A stretch of DNA of 39,870 nucleotides from a virus (taxonomy: Duplodnaviria; Caudoviricetes). Location of the stretch: IMG/VR virus record IMGVR_UViG_3300014656_000056, positions 1 to 39,870 of that record; one strand, 5' to 3'. Positions 29,901-37,823 of this stretch are shown in pieces. A program made the translations under genes and the position numbers. The stretch's first letter is position 1. Every line of letters starts with the position of its first letter. The notes below the pieces were generated by a model. It saw only the letters and a list, made by a program, of their open reading frames with translations, was not told the DNA's origin and did not search any database.

Positions 29901-30071
29901 GCAAAGGATTACCGAACATGCGATAAATTGATGTCTGATTTGGACGCGTATCGCCCAACTCCAGAAACAACAACAGGTATGATCAAGAAACTTTCGAAAG
30001 TAAAAGATCAGCTCCCTAGTTGGGATAAAGCTATTGTTAGAATGAACCAAGAAATGCGCGCTTTCGCGTAA
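26949..30071 (+). CDS. polA: Family A DNA polymerase with 3'-5' exonuclease and N-terminal family-4 uracil-DNA glycosylase-like (Fe-S) domain
   Basis: UDG: CNMC, GEAPG, PFVG, CRP, HPAY. Exonuclease: FDIET, GHNMQFD, YGGND. Polymerase: TGRTSS..NQNIPR, motif A DFATAEVR, motif B RQDTKTIVFGLIYG, motif C VHDS. Confidence 0.95.
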   Translation: MGKAAIVADKSSRVLRREPIDSDLCNMCGLCNTVQTHYVPTEHGRKRPRVLIVGEAPGQSEDEEGKPFVGDAGKLLRKAVERAYGGEDYVAYASIVRCRPTNDDGANRKPMATEARRCVRYLHKDIQRLQPKVIVALGATALLYLTGKSGGIFKNRGSRTNIFVGGQKYVVVSALHPAYVANTHAAFNLLVSDLRKAHWGDPHEGETVELLTTLKDVRRMVRHYLSEECNVGLGFDIETYNLNKRHGNPVITLQFCNGKQSYVIALNHPESPFDTEVKRRKVINLIRPLFETKDPAFKFMLGHNMQFDYQGVMRLGIKVNVPMVCTILTMHMIDDNRKSRNVSNSMRPYSLAVLAEEILGRNKYLDAGIIGKVNDLVNQPLDMVTKYGGNDALLTRELFLEQVRMAERQKYKKKFMGLVKHLVPRTVTVLATMEYSGFPIDMEALGTMHDPKTSAIQKRIAEITDTLKTLDTVQQANKKLVKLETGGMTGLFYTPYIFDINKRSHAGMLFFDSLKLAPVADTKKKDDSIMEFNPGDGKIPTVAKVFQAHYERETWRPPVDVPSTKRYDVEVQIPGKEGIYYKYPEIGLFSEFKGLMQCQRTFVNGIWNCTHPDSPQFSPDHVDGRVRASFTGYNTVTGRTSSKDPVNNQNIPRGDSPVKKSIKNLFTALPNCWLVNVDFATAEVRWLAIMAKDVRLCEAFWAGHKAHKAYLKDPTNAELRKMAAIAGDIHMQTASLFHQKEVWDVTKAERQDTKTIVFGLIYGRGARAIAQQLGIEVDEAEELIARFSSLYPEAWECIAFLERKARRCGFVDSPIGRRRRLDWYYEDPHARGRMKEGDRRARNSPIQAIASDANNLAIAEIINFVTEKKLKWTFHNIVHDSLIMSIPKSYDLYKSLRQIEWFYSHRLKKILTEDFKVVLNAPLAVDFDIGLRWGDLKGWDGTEEHLGAVTGAAEILGEAYETRRAVDVKSLQKHIAAGIDSLIAAKDYRTCDKLMSDLDAYRPTPETTTGMIKKLSKVKDQLPSWDKAIVRMNQEMRAFA

Positions 30072-30080
30072 GGAGCCGTA

Positions 30081-30443
30081 ATGCAGCTTAAATGTGCTAA
30101 GCACGGAACAGTAAACGCAGACCCTGATAGAAATCACAACGTCATGTGCCCTATATGTCGAGAAACTGCACTTATCAGTTATTTGAAAAAGGAGTCCACA
30201 ACTCCGTTAGCGATTGACTTGCCGGATTGCCCTCCGTACTCGATCAGTTGCGCTCCACGTGTAGATGCTGATTGGGCGTGTTTCAACTGTGATTGCACTG
30301 AAAGAATTCCGCAACCGATCAAATCTATACCCGCGCACCTCGTAAAAGAGAGTAGTAGCTTTGATGTATGGGTAGTGATAATTACCATCGTCATCATAGT
30401 TACTTCATTAGTACTATTTAGTATGGGAGCGTGGCGTGGGTAG
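30081..30443 (+). CDS. Cys-rich protein with C-terminal transmembrane helix
   Basis: AAGGAG RBS. CAKH/CPIC and further Cys. Hydrophobic VWVVIITIVIIVTSLVLF. Confidence 0.65.
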   Translation: MQLKCAKHGTVNADPDRNHNVMCPICRETALISYLKKESTTPLAIDLPDCPPYSISCAPRVDADWACFNCDCTERIPQPIKSIPAHLVKESSSFDVWVVIITIVIIVTSLVLFSMGAWRG

Positions 30444-30488
30444 GAGTGGGTTTGGGGTAGCTCCTATTCCTGCCGTCCGGAGGTTACC

Positions 30489-31037
30489 ATGCGGTTTTTA
30501 CTATGCGTCGTTTCTGTTTTTATCTTATCCATACTTCTTGTTCCCACTAAACTGACGTATACCAGTACAAAAACCGCACCCTACGATATAGAGGTATTCG
30601 CCTCCTGGCAGTATGTTGGTACGTATGTGGAGGACCTTACACCACTAGCAAAATCCTACGAAACACAAGGGTACGAACTTATAATTCCGATCAAGCACTC
30701 GAATAAACCAGAATTCATTCATTCGTTATGGGTGAACTCGGATAGAACAATCAACGCTTTTTGGACGTTTAATTTGAATACGCAGCGTTTGATAAGTGTT
30801 TGTTTGTTTTTTGAAACGGAAGAGGGTTACGACGAATACTTGGACTGGTTTTCAAAGCAGCCTGTGATAGTCATGGAGCATCCAACCCACGAGAGAGCAA
30901 ATGCGGATCTACTCATCGTTAGAAACAAGTATTTCGAAGACGATGACGACGCGGAACCTGTGTGGATGGTACAAGCACGATCCGAGAAACTCATACAGGT
31001 AGTTACTCCGGACGATGATTGGTTTTCCAAAGAATAA
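30489..31037 (+). CDS. Secreted or membrane-anchored hypothetical protein
   Basis: GGAGG RBS. N-terminal hydrophobic signal/anchor MRFLLCVVSVFILSILLV. Confidence 0.65.
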   Translation: MRFLLCVVSVFILSILLVPTKLTYTSTKTAPYDIEVFASWQYVGTYVEDLTPLAKSYETQGYELIIPIKHSNKPEFIHSLWVNSDRTINAFWTFNLNTQRLISVCLFFETEEGYDEYLDWFSKQPVIVMEHPTHERANADLLIVRNKYFEDDDDAEPVWMVQARSEKLIQVVTPDDDWFSKE

Positions 31038-31052
31038 TCGCGTTAACGCCCC

Positions 31053-31081
31053 TTGACATTTTAGCACATTCTAGGTATGCT
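31053..31081 (+). promoter_or_regulatory. Sigma70-type (early) promoter
   Basis: TTGACA (31053-31058), 17-nt spacer, TATGCT (31076-31081), directly after the 31037 stop. Confidence 0.8.
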
Positions 31082-31090
31082 CGTTGTACC

Positions 31091-31342
31091 GTGCGGTATG
31101 ATCCGTACAATAGGAGTCTGACAAAGGAGCGTATCTGTCGTGATGCCACTACATTTTGGCGTGCGCACCAGGGGTATGTGGGTAAAGACCTGGTCTACCT
31201 GAATGAGTGTTGGTATGTCGCGCAAGATATCCTCTGCGGGCGCGTCAAAACTACCCCAACAGAAGCGGAATGTAAGGCCGTCACGGCTAAGCTGCGGGCG
31301 GCCTATATCGCCGCCAAAACGTTTTACGAAAACAGGAAGTAG
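31091..31342 (+). CDS. Hypothetical protein, probably nearly leaderless GTG start
   Basis: Same frame as track ORF 31019..31342, whose upstream part overlaps the promoter. Stop is 1 nt before the next ATG. Confidence 0.45.
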   Translation: MRYDPYNRSLTKERICRDATTFWRAHQGYVGKDLVYLNECWYVAQDILCGRVKTTPTEAECKAVTAKLRAAYIAAKTFYENRK

Positions 31343-31343
31343 C

Positions 31344-32141
31344 ATGAAAGTAGCGTGGTGCACGGATCTGCATCTGGATTTTGTGAGTTCGGAATACTTT
31401 ACGTCGCTTTTTGAACGGATCCGCAATGAATCCGATGCGCTGATAATCAGTGGCGACATCGGAGAGGCGGAAAGTACTCCGGCGCATCTAGCCAATATGG
31501 TTCACGTACTGGGGCTAAAATTCCCCGTGTATTTTGTGCTCGGAAACCACGACTACTACAAGTCCAGTGTAGTGGACGTGAGCTATTCTATTGGAAGTAT
31601 GCTGCGCGGTTTTCCGAAGATGACGTGGTTGACCTCTGCCGGAGTTCGGCAACTGCTACCCGGAGTGGGTATCCTCGGGCAGGATGGGTGGTACGACGGA
31701 GTTTTTGGTAACTGGAATGCGTCTACGGTACGCTTGCCCGATTATGACTGCATCCAAGACCTGGTGGGAAGGCCGAAACCGATTTTATTGCAGGCTATCC
31801 AAGCGCTGTCAAAGCGGTTTGCAGCTAACGCCAAAAGGGATCTGCAGATCGCGGTTAAGAAATACGCTACGCTGCTATTTGTGACGCACGTACCACCGTT
31901 TAGGAGTGCGTGTACCCACGAAGGCTTTCCTACGGACGACAAGTGGCTCCCGCATTTCAGTAGTGCCTACATGGGCGCCGCACTGACTAGCGTGATGGCA
32001 GATAACCCAGATACAGAGTTGTTGGTGTTGTGCGGACACACGCACAGCTACGCCTGGGCTGATGTGCTACCTAATCTACGCGTGCTGACCGGGGAAGCTG
32101 CGTACTACGCGCCGGATATCTGTCGTATTTTCGACCTGTAG
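31344..32141 (+). CDS. Calcineurin-like metallophosphoesterase
   Basis: All five motifs present: TDLH, SGDI, LGNHD, THVPP, CGHTH. Domain begins at MKVAW (ATG 31344). Confidence 0.9.
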   Translation: MKVAWCTDLHLDFVSSEYFTSLFERIRNESDALIISGDIGEAESTPAHLANMVHVLGLKFPVYFVLGNHDYYKSSVVDVSYSIGSMLRGFPKMTWLTSAGVRQLLPGVGILGQDGWYDGVFGNWNASTVRLPDYDCIQDLVGRPKPILLQAIQALSKRFAANAKRDLQIAVKKYATLLFVTHVPPFRSACTHEGFPTDDKWLPHFSSAYMGAALTSVMADNPDTELLVLCGHTHSYAWADVLPNLRVLTGEAAYYAPDICRIFDL

Positions 32142-32226
32142 GCGCTATCGAGACATGGAGCGTAGCTGTCGCGTGATGCTCTCACACAAATGACAGGCTA
32201 CGACTATCACATACTGGAGATATCTT

Positions 32227-32532
32227 TTGAGCTTCATCAGCTACTACGCCAAACGCAGCGGCCGCAGCATGCTTGAGCTGGCGGGCCCCAAAGACGAATT
32301 AGGCTTTCGCAACTTCTACAGACACTCGGGACACGGTGGCCAACCAAAACTCGTGCGCCTGTGTTCCAAGTGCTTGAAGGCTGGGTACACGTGTCCGAAT
32401 AATGACATTTGGAGCGACCGCTACAGCACAAATTCGTGCATTCGTTGTCCGCATTGTTTCGAAACGTTCGATTACGATGACATGGATATACGCAAAGAGT
32501 ACCGTAGAGTACGAGAGGTATCAGATGCTTGA
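32227..32532 (+). CDS. Small Zn-finger protein
   Basis: GGAG RBS before TTG. CSKC...CP...CIRCPHC. Confidence 0.6.
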   Translation: MSFISYYAKRSGRSMLELAGPKDELGFRNFYRHSGHGGQPKLVRLCSKCLKAGYTCPNNDIWSDRYSTNSCIRCPHCFETFDYDDMDIRKEYRRVREVSDA

Positions 32533-33472
32533 TTATATCGACCCCAAAGTCTACGCGCATAAAATCATCTACGATTTTGTAGACGGCATTCAAGGCGCCA
32601 TGCAGGAGAAAAACATCTCTGTCGAGAGTGTGGCCGCGCATATGGGCATAACTGCAAAATCAGTCAAACGCCTGTTGGAATCCATGACTCTGTCTCCGCG
32701 CACTATGGTTCGCCTAGCACAAGCTGTCGGTATGGGCGTGAGTTTCGTACCCTATGAAAGCCCAGATGGTTTTCCGCTCTTTGCCGAGCTGTTCACTGAT
32801 GCCTGGAAGGCGGTAGGAATGCCCGTAGACGGGTTTGACCGCTACCACAACCTCCCAGGCACATACATAGCGTTGGAAGGCCCTGACCTGGCAGGAAAGA
32901 CCGCGCAGATGGATAGACTGGAGCAGTGGCTCATCGAGGACGACATTCCATACTTACGCGTTGCCGAGCCCAGCTATGACGGTATTGGTGCTCTCATTCG
33001 CACATTGATCCGGACAGGAGAAACAAACGAGCGCAGCATTTCTATGCTGTACGCCGCTGATAGACTTGACCTGTGGGAACGTAAAATAGAACCAGCGCTT
33101 CGCGAAGGTAAGGTAGTTATTTCTGATCGCTGTTTTCTTTCGTCGATGGTGTACCAGGGGTCTGCCCTTGGCAACGAGTGGACGCGCTTTGTAAACTCGC
33201 ACATGACGTATCCGGACCTGATAGTTATTCTGGATATATCTCCGCAGGCTGCGCTTGCTAGGTTAGCCGTGAGAGGGGATGGAGAAGAGGCGGTTTACGA
33301 AAGAAAAGAGGCTATCGAAAATGCATGTGCACTGTACGCAGGCGGTAAGTACGGTGAGTGCTTTCACGTTGACGTGACAGGGGTAGAGTGGGTAAACGCG
33401 GAGCAAACTACTTTTGCTGTGTTTGAAGACATCAAAAAACGGATAGGCAGCAACCAACGGATCAAATTCTAG
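32525..33472 (+). CDS. tmk: Thymidylate (dTMP) kinase with N-terminal XRE-type HTH domain
   Basis: ATG 32525 after GAGG. HTH: MQEKNISVESVAAHMGITAKSVKRLL...TMVRLAQAVG. Kinase: IALEGPDLAGKT, DRCFLSSMVYQG, PDLIVILD. Confidence 0.88.
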   Translation: MLDYIDPKVYAHKIIYDFVDGIQGAMQEKNISVESVAAHMGITAKSVKRLLESMTLSPRTMVRLAQAVGMGVSFVPYESPDGFPLFAELFTDAWKAVGMPVDGFDRYHNLPGTYIALEGPDLAGKTAQMDRLEQWLIEDDIPYLRVAEPSYDGIGALIRTLIRTGETNERSISMLYAADRLDLWERKIEPALREGKVVISDRCFLSSMVYQGSALGNEWTRFVNSHMTYPDLIVILDISPQAALARLAVRGDGEEAVYERKEAIENACALYAGGKYGECFHVDVTGVEWVNAEQTTFAVFEDIKKRIGSNQRIKF

Positions 33473-33481
33473 GAGAATTAC

Positions 33482-33775
33482 ATGAAAAAGAAAACAGGTA
33501 CACTGACAACGTCGTGCGGGTTTTCCGCTGGCCAAGGCTACTACGTAACCACATTGAACCAGGGGGATACTGTAGACATCCTGGGTATAGGAACAGACTC
33601 CGTTTTGGTGTGCCCTCCCGACACGCCTAAGATGAAGCGGTACGTTGAGCGCGCTCAAGTAGTTTTTGATAACGACGTTCAATTCCTCCTAAACGAGGCG
33701 CTGGTTGCGTTATCCGTTAACGACACACACGCTTGTGCTACGGCTATTATGTCCGCAAAAAAGGAGCTGCTGTAA
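33482..33775 (+). CDS. Hypothetical protein
   Basis: AGGAG RBS, TAATG coupling to the next gene. Confidence 0.6.
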   Translation: MKKKTGTLTTSCGFSAGQGYYVTTLNQGDTVDILGIGTDSVLVCPPDTPKMKRYVERAQVVFDNDVQFLLNEALVALSVNDTHACATAIMSAKKELL

Positions 33776-34296
33776 TGGGTGCACTTATGGAATACATAGC
33801 TAGCAGCATCATAGAATACACACAGCCGTACCAGATGGCGCTCAAAATAGAAGTAGAAGGTGACGTCGTCTCACTATTCAGATGTGAGGCTTGGGCTGAC
33901 GCAGTCAAGCGGGAGTCACTGGGGGGAGAACCGCTGCCGCCAGTTGCCCCCGCACATACTTGTTGGCATTTTGATGCGGATACGGCCACACAACTGAAAC
34001 CTATTATAGCCGCGTCTGGGCGAAACATCGTCTGTATATTGGTCGGTTACAAGGAGAGTAAAGCGACTAATATGGATATACATATGGCCAGTTTAATCCT
34101 GCAAGTCCCCCATTCTATCGCTCGGCCAGTACGAGTGATAAAGAGTATGTATCCAAATTTCACGAGAGATAGTATAATACATATTCTCCGTTACAAACCC
34201 AACATTGCGGAGCCGTGTTGCCGGTTTTGTGGGCACCCTGGGACATTCGTTAACATGGGTCTGGTTTGTCCAGAACACGGGCCATTTCCAATATAA
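33775..34296 (+). CDS. Hypothetical protein with C-terminal Zn ribbon
   Basis: AAGGAG RBS. CRFCG...VCPEHG. Confidence 0.6.
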   Translation: MGALMEYIASSIIEYTQPYQMALKIEVEGDVVSLFRCEAWADAVKRESLGGEPLPPVAPAHTCWHFDADTATQLKPIIAASGRNIVCILVGYKESKATNMDIHMASLILQVPHSIARPVRVIKSMYPNFTRDSIIHILRYKPNIAEPCCRFCGHPGTFVNMGLVCPEHGPFPI

Positions 34297-34360
34297 GACG
34301 GAGCATAGAATGCTTAAAACAAAAGAAGTACTCGTTCTCGTAGACGACTAGGGTAACCGC

Positions 34361-34801
34361 ATGAACTATCAGGGCAGCTTGGACAAAAAAGACAAGGAGT
34401 GGAGTAAGCGAACACCTACGATTTTCGATCTGATGCCTCGCATTGAGTGCCACATCTGCGCGCAAATCCTCTCAGCTAAAAGGCGGAGATGTGATCACTT
34501 CGCCCTGTGCTCTGCAATGACTATGGGCGGGTGTGGCGGTCATCAGGTGGTCATAGCTGACTTATCGGATGTCAATGTCATAGGTGCTCTAATCTTCCAG
34601 TGTGACGACAACTCGGAAGTTGCAAACCTGTTAGCGCTTGGTTTCGCGCAGGCAAAGTCCGACGCAGATAAAGAAATAGTGTGCCGTTCTGTGCGGCCAT
34701 ACGCGCTTAAGCTGGCGAACGAAGACGTGCAGGAATTTGTAGTAGACTTTTGGGTGCGCTGGAAAGATAGCGAAAAACTCAGAATTTTTAACGGTAGGTG
34801 A
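34361..34801 (+). CDS. Cys-rich hypothetical protein (true start possibly 34310 across an in-frame TAG)
   Basis: CHIC...CDH...C...C. GTGA overlap with the next gene. Confidence 0.55.
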   Translation: MNYQGSLDKKDKEWSKRTPTIFDLMPRIECHICAQILSAKRRRCDHFALCSAMTMGGCGGHQVVIADLSDVNVIGALIFQCDDNSEVANLLALGFAQAKSDADKEIVCRSVRPYALKLANEDVQEFVVDFWVRWKDSEKLRIFNGR

Positions 34802-36969
34802 ACATGTACGAAATACCATATACAGGAAACCTCTCCTGGCTGGTGGACAACACCATTCTATACGTTCGACACGGGAGCCACGCCTACGGGCTAAATGGTC
34901 CGGGATCGGACGAAGATTTCAAAGGTGTAGCTATCCCGCCAATGAGATACTTTCTCGGATTTTCAAAGCGGTTCGATCAAACAGAAATAAAAACGGATAT
35001 GATAGATGCGACAATCTATGGTATCAAAAAGTTTTTCAAACTGGCGTCTGAATGCAATCCGAATATCATTGAAACTTTGTGGGTGGAACCGGAAGATCAA
35101 ATGTTGGTCACGCAGGTAGGGGAGCGGCTGATAGATATACGCGAAGAATTTCTATCAAAACGAGCATTGCATACTTTCACGGGGTATGCGATGAGTCAGC
35201 TCAAAAGAATCAAGTTGCACCGTCGATGGTTGCTTGAGCCTCCCACACACCAACCAACTAGGTGCGAGTTTGGTTTACCAGACAAGCCGGTAATGAAGCA
35301 AAATCAGATGGACGCCGCACTGTCCATGATATCAAAAAAAGTCGATAACTGGGAAATGAATCTACAGGATTTCAATCCGCCGCAACGACAATTTATCATG
35401 GATCTATTCGGGAAAATACTTTCGGAAATGAGCGTCAATCAAAATGAAAAGTGGCGCCGAGCCGCTGACCTGATGGGTTTCGAAAGTAATTTTTTGCAAG
35501 TATTGGAAAAAGAAAAACAGTACCGTTACGCTAGAAATGAATGGCGTAGTTTTCAGAATTGGAAAAAGAATAGAAACCCGGCTCGGGCTGCGAAAGAGGC
35601 GAAGTTTGGCTACGATTGTTACACCGATGATACGGAGTTTTTAACCGACAATGGTTGGAAACACTATGACGATATCACCGAAGGTGACCAACTCGCTACT
35701 GTGTATTTGGGCGACGCAACGCAGCGTAAATATCTAGGGATTGAGTATCAATCGTTTGTAGATCGGTATGAAGCCAACTACTCGGGCCCTCTGTATTCTT
35801 TTCGGGCGTATCATTTTGACGTCACCGTTACCCCCAATCACAGAATGCTATACCGCTACGTATCCAGAAAGAATAACAAAGCAGATACCAACGTTCAGTT
35901 TGGGCAGGCCGCAACGGTCCCGGATAGTTTTGAGTTTATCAGGCGGGTGTCTCCAAGAACGCATGCATTCCGGCAGAAAGATGTATTTGAAGGAATTCCG
36001 CTTCCATCGGCAGCGTACCTGACTCTAATGGGTTGGTATTTGTCTGATGGTTGTATGATGTTCAACGCCGCTGGTAAGCCAAAAGCAATCCGAATATCGC
36101 AGAAAGTGGGCGCAAAGCTGGCTTGGAAGATGGGACGCTTCGCATCAGATCACAAAAACAAAATATCAATATCTATAGCGACTTACCTTCAAAAACCAAC
36201 TGCGTGGCGTCCCTATGAAATTGATGAACGTGTGATGATTGCCTACGGCAAAGAATTCGCCCTCAGGATGTTTAACGATTGTGGTGCGTTGAAAGACAAA
36301 CACATCCCGCGCTGGGCATTTGGACTTACTAAACGTTTGCTGGAAAAGCTACTTTATGCGTTGATTGATGGTGACGGAACGGATCGTAAGAACGGCTCAT
36401 TTGTGTACTACGCATCACTTAAACAGCTGGCCGACGATGTACAAGAAGCCGCTTTATTCGCGGGTTGGGAAACTTCATTGAATGGCCCTTACGGCCCATA
36501 TGAGAGTAATCCTGAAGCTCCGCCTATGTATCAAGTACACCTACGTCCAAACGTTTCTCAGTTCAAGCGCCTGGTTCGGGGTACAAATGTGACTAAACGC
36601 GCGGTAACTGATCAGAGAATCGTGTGTTTTACAGTACCTAATGAAACGTTGATTGTTCGAAAAAACGGGTACATAGGTGTGCATGGAAATTCAAAGCACG
36701 CATTACACCTAGTTCGGTTATTATGTTCTGCAGAGGAAGTACTTACAACCGGTAAAGTGATCGTGAAGCGGCCAAACCGCGACGAGCTTCTGTCAGTTTT
36801 GAATGGAGAATGGAAGTACGAAGAGTTGATAGAATGGGCTGCGACAAAAGAGGCGGCTGCAGTGGCGGCAGCAAAAGTATCCAAGTTGCCTCACGGGGCG
36901 GATCAGTACGCGCTAGACGCATACTGTCAGTGGCTTGTGTCCTCCCACGAGAGGCAGCGTAATGCGTAA
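34798..36969 (+). CDS. Pol-beta superfamily nucleotidyltransferase (RlaP/Nuc-transf-like), intein-interrupted
   Basis: HGSHAYG...SDEDFKG catalytic signature, CNPNIIE, and a GYD|SKHALHLVRLL motif restored after removing the intein (about 365 aa spliced). Confidence 0.88.
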   Translation: MNMYEIPYTGNLSWLVDNTILYVRHGSHAYGLNGPGSDEDFKGVAIPPMRYFLGFSKRFDQTEIKTDMIDATIYGIKKFFKLASECNPNIIETLWVEPEDQMLVTQVGERLIDIREEFLSKRALHTFTGYAMSQLKRIKLHRRWLLEPPTHQPTRCEFGLPDKPVMKQNQMDAALSMISKKVDNWEMNLQDFNPPQRQFIMDLFGKILSEMSVNQNEKWRRAADLMGFESNFLQVLEKEKQYRYARNEWRSFQNWKKNRNPARAAKEAKFGYDCYTDDTEFLTDNGWKHYDDITEGDQLATVYLGDATQRKYLGIEYQSFVDRYEANYSGPLYSFRAYHFDVTVTPNHRMLYRYVSRKNNKADTNVQFGQAATVPDSFEFIRRVSPRTHAFRQKDVFEGIPLPSAAYLTLMGWYLSDGCMMFNAAGKPKAIRISQKVGAKLAWKMGRFASDHKNKISISIATYLQKPTAWRPYEIDERVMIAYGKEFALRMFNDCGALKDKHIPRWAFGLTKRLLEKLLYALIDGDGTDRKNGSFVYYASLKQLADDVQEAALFAGWETSLNGPYGPYESNPEAPPMYQVHLRPNVSQFKRLVRGTNVTKRAVTDQRIVCFTVPNETLIVRKNGYIGVHGNSKHALHLVRLLCSAEEVLTTGKVIVKRPNRDELLSVLNGEWKYEELIEWAATKEAAAVAAAKVSKLPHGADQYALDAYCQWLVSSHERQRNA
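35617..36690 (+). mobile_element. Intein (358 aa) with LAGLIDADG homing endonuclease
   Basis: Block A CYTDDTEFLTDNGWK, block B VTPNHRM, LAGLIDADG motifs LMGWYLSDG and LYALIDGDG, block F VCFTVPNETL, terminal HGN followed by +1 Ser. Confidence 0.93.
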
Positions 36970-37111
36970 GTTGAGCCCATTATCGCCAGAAGCGCAAGCG
37001 GCGCGGAGACCGCGCCCACCGGAAGAGTTGGTAGGCGCGTTACAGGATCGAGTACATATTGAAACTGGACGTTCGCGGCCCGCACGTGCAGTGAAAGCCA
37101 AAAGGAGAACA

Positions 37112-37297
37112 ATGAACAATGCACATCTGTATGACGACGTACAGACGTTGAAAGAGCAAGTCGAGAAACTAGCGATGACGGTAGACCACCTGAGAATTGA
37201 GGTAGCCGAGCAAGCGGAAAACTTCGAAACTTTGTGCACGCTGCTAGGCGGCATAGCTGCCCATTTTCCTCACGTGGGCGTGGAGGCTGGCTCATGA
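37112..37297 (+). CDS. Small coiled-coil protein (alternative in-frame start 36962)
   Basis: AAGGAG RBS before ATG 37112. Heptad pattern. Confidence 0.5.
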   Translation: MNNAHLYDDVQTLKEQVEKLAMTVDHLRIEVAEQAENFETLCTLLGGIAAHFPHVGVEAGS

Positions 37298-37530
37298 CGT
37301 GGCGATACACGAGCGGTTCAGTGTGGGTCTGTATGTGCGGCAACTCTGGGGTTGACAGCCGTTGTGCGTCGTGCATGGCCGACCTGTGGTCCGGCATTGA
37401 CTCGTTTGCAACTGCTGCGCGTGCCACAGCAGAGATCATCCACGAGGAGTTCGCCATCGCTCGCGCCACAGGCGACGCCGTTTCGGAACTAGACGCGCTC
37501 GAACGCCGGATACTCGCGAGGCTAGTATGA
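37294..37530 (+). CDS. Small Cys-containing protein
   Basis: GGAGG RBS, ATGA overlap. WVCMCG...RCASC. Confidence 0.55.
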   Translation: MTWRYTSGSVWVCMCGNSGVDSRCASCMADLWSGIDSFATAARATAEIIHEEFAIARATGDAVSELDALERRILARLV

Positions 37531-37823
37531 ATATGCAATACGTGCAACTCCTTTGTGGTTTGCGCACTCATAGAAATACTGGGAGTCTAGAAATGGACAC
37601 CAGGATTCATGAAGCGCTGCAAGAGTGCGTATATTGCGGCAGTAATTATGACGTACAGCCTCATTGGTCTCACACAGCATATTGCTGGGACGGTAAGGGA
37701 TGGGATCCTAACGGACCTACGTGGCTGTGCCCTGCGTGTAGACTGCAGGATGATGATTACTGGAACGAGATGTGGAACGACGCTTACGGAGGGATTTGCG
37801 AATACATGTCGACCACCTCTTAG
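37527..37823 (+). CDS. Small Zn-finger protein (start 37527 or 37593)
   Basis: ECVYCG...LCPACR...YWNEMW. Confidence 0.55.
   Translation: MNMQYVQLLCGLRTHRNTGSLEMDTRIHEALQECVYCGSNYDVQPHWSHTAYCWDGKGWDPNGPTWLCPACRLQDDDYWNEMWNDAYGGICEYMSTTS

Noticed and set aside
32142-32226. Possible tRNA in the intergenic gap
   Set aside because: No cloverleaf, T-loop GTTC or CCA end. Only one extended hairpin.
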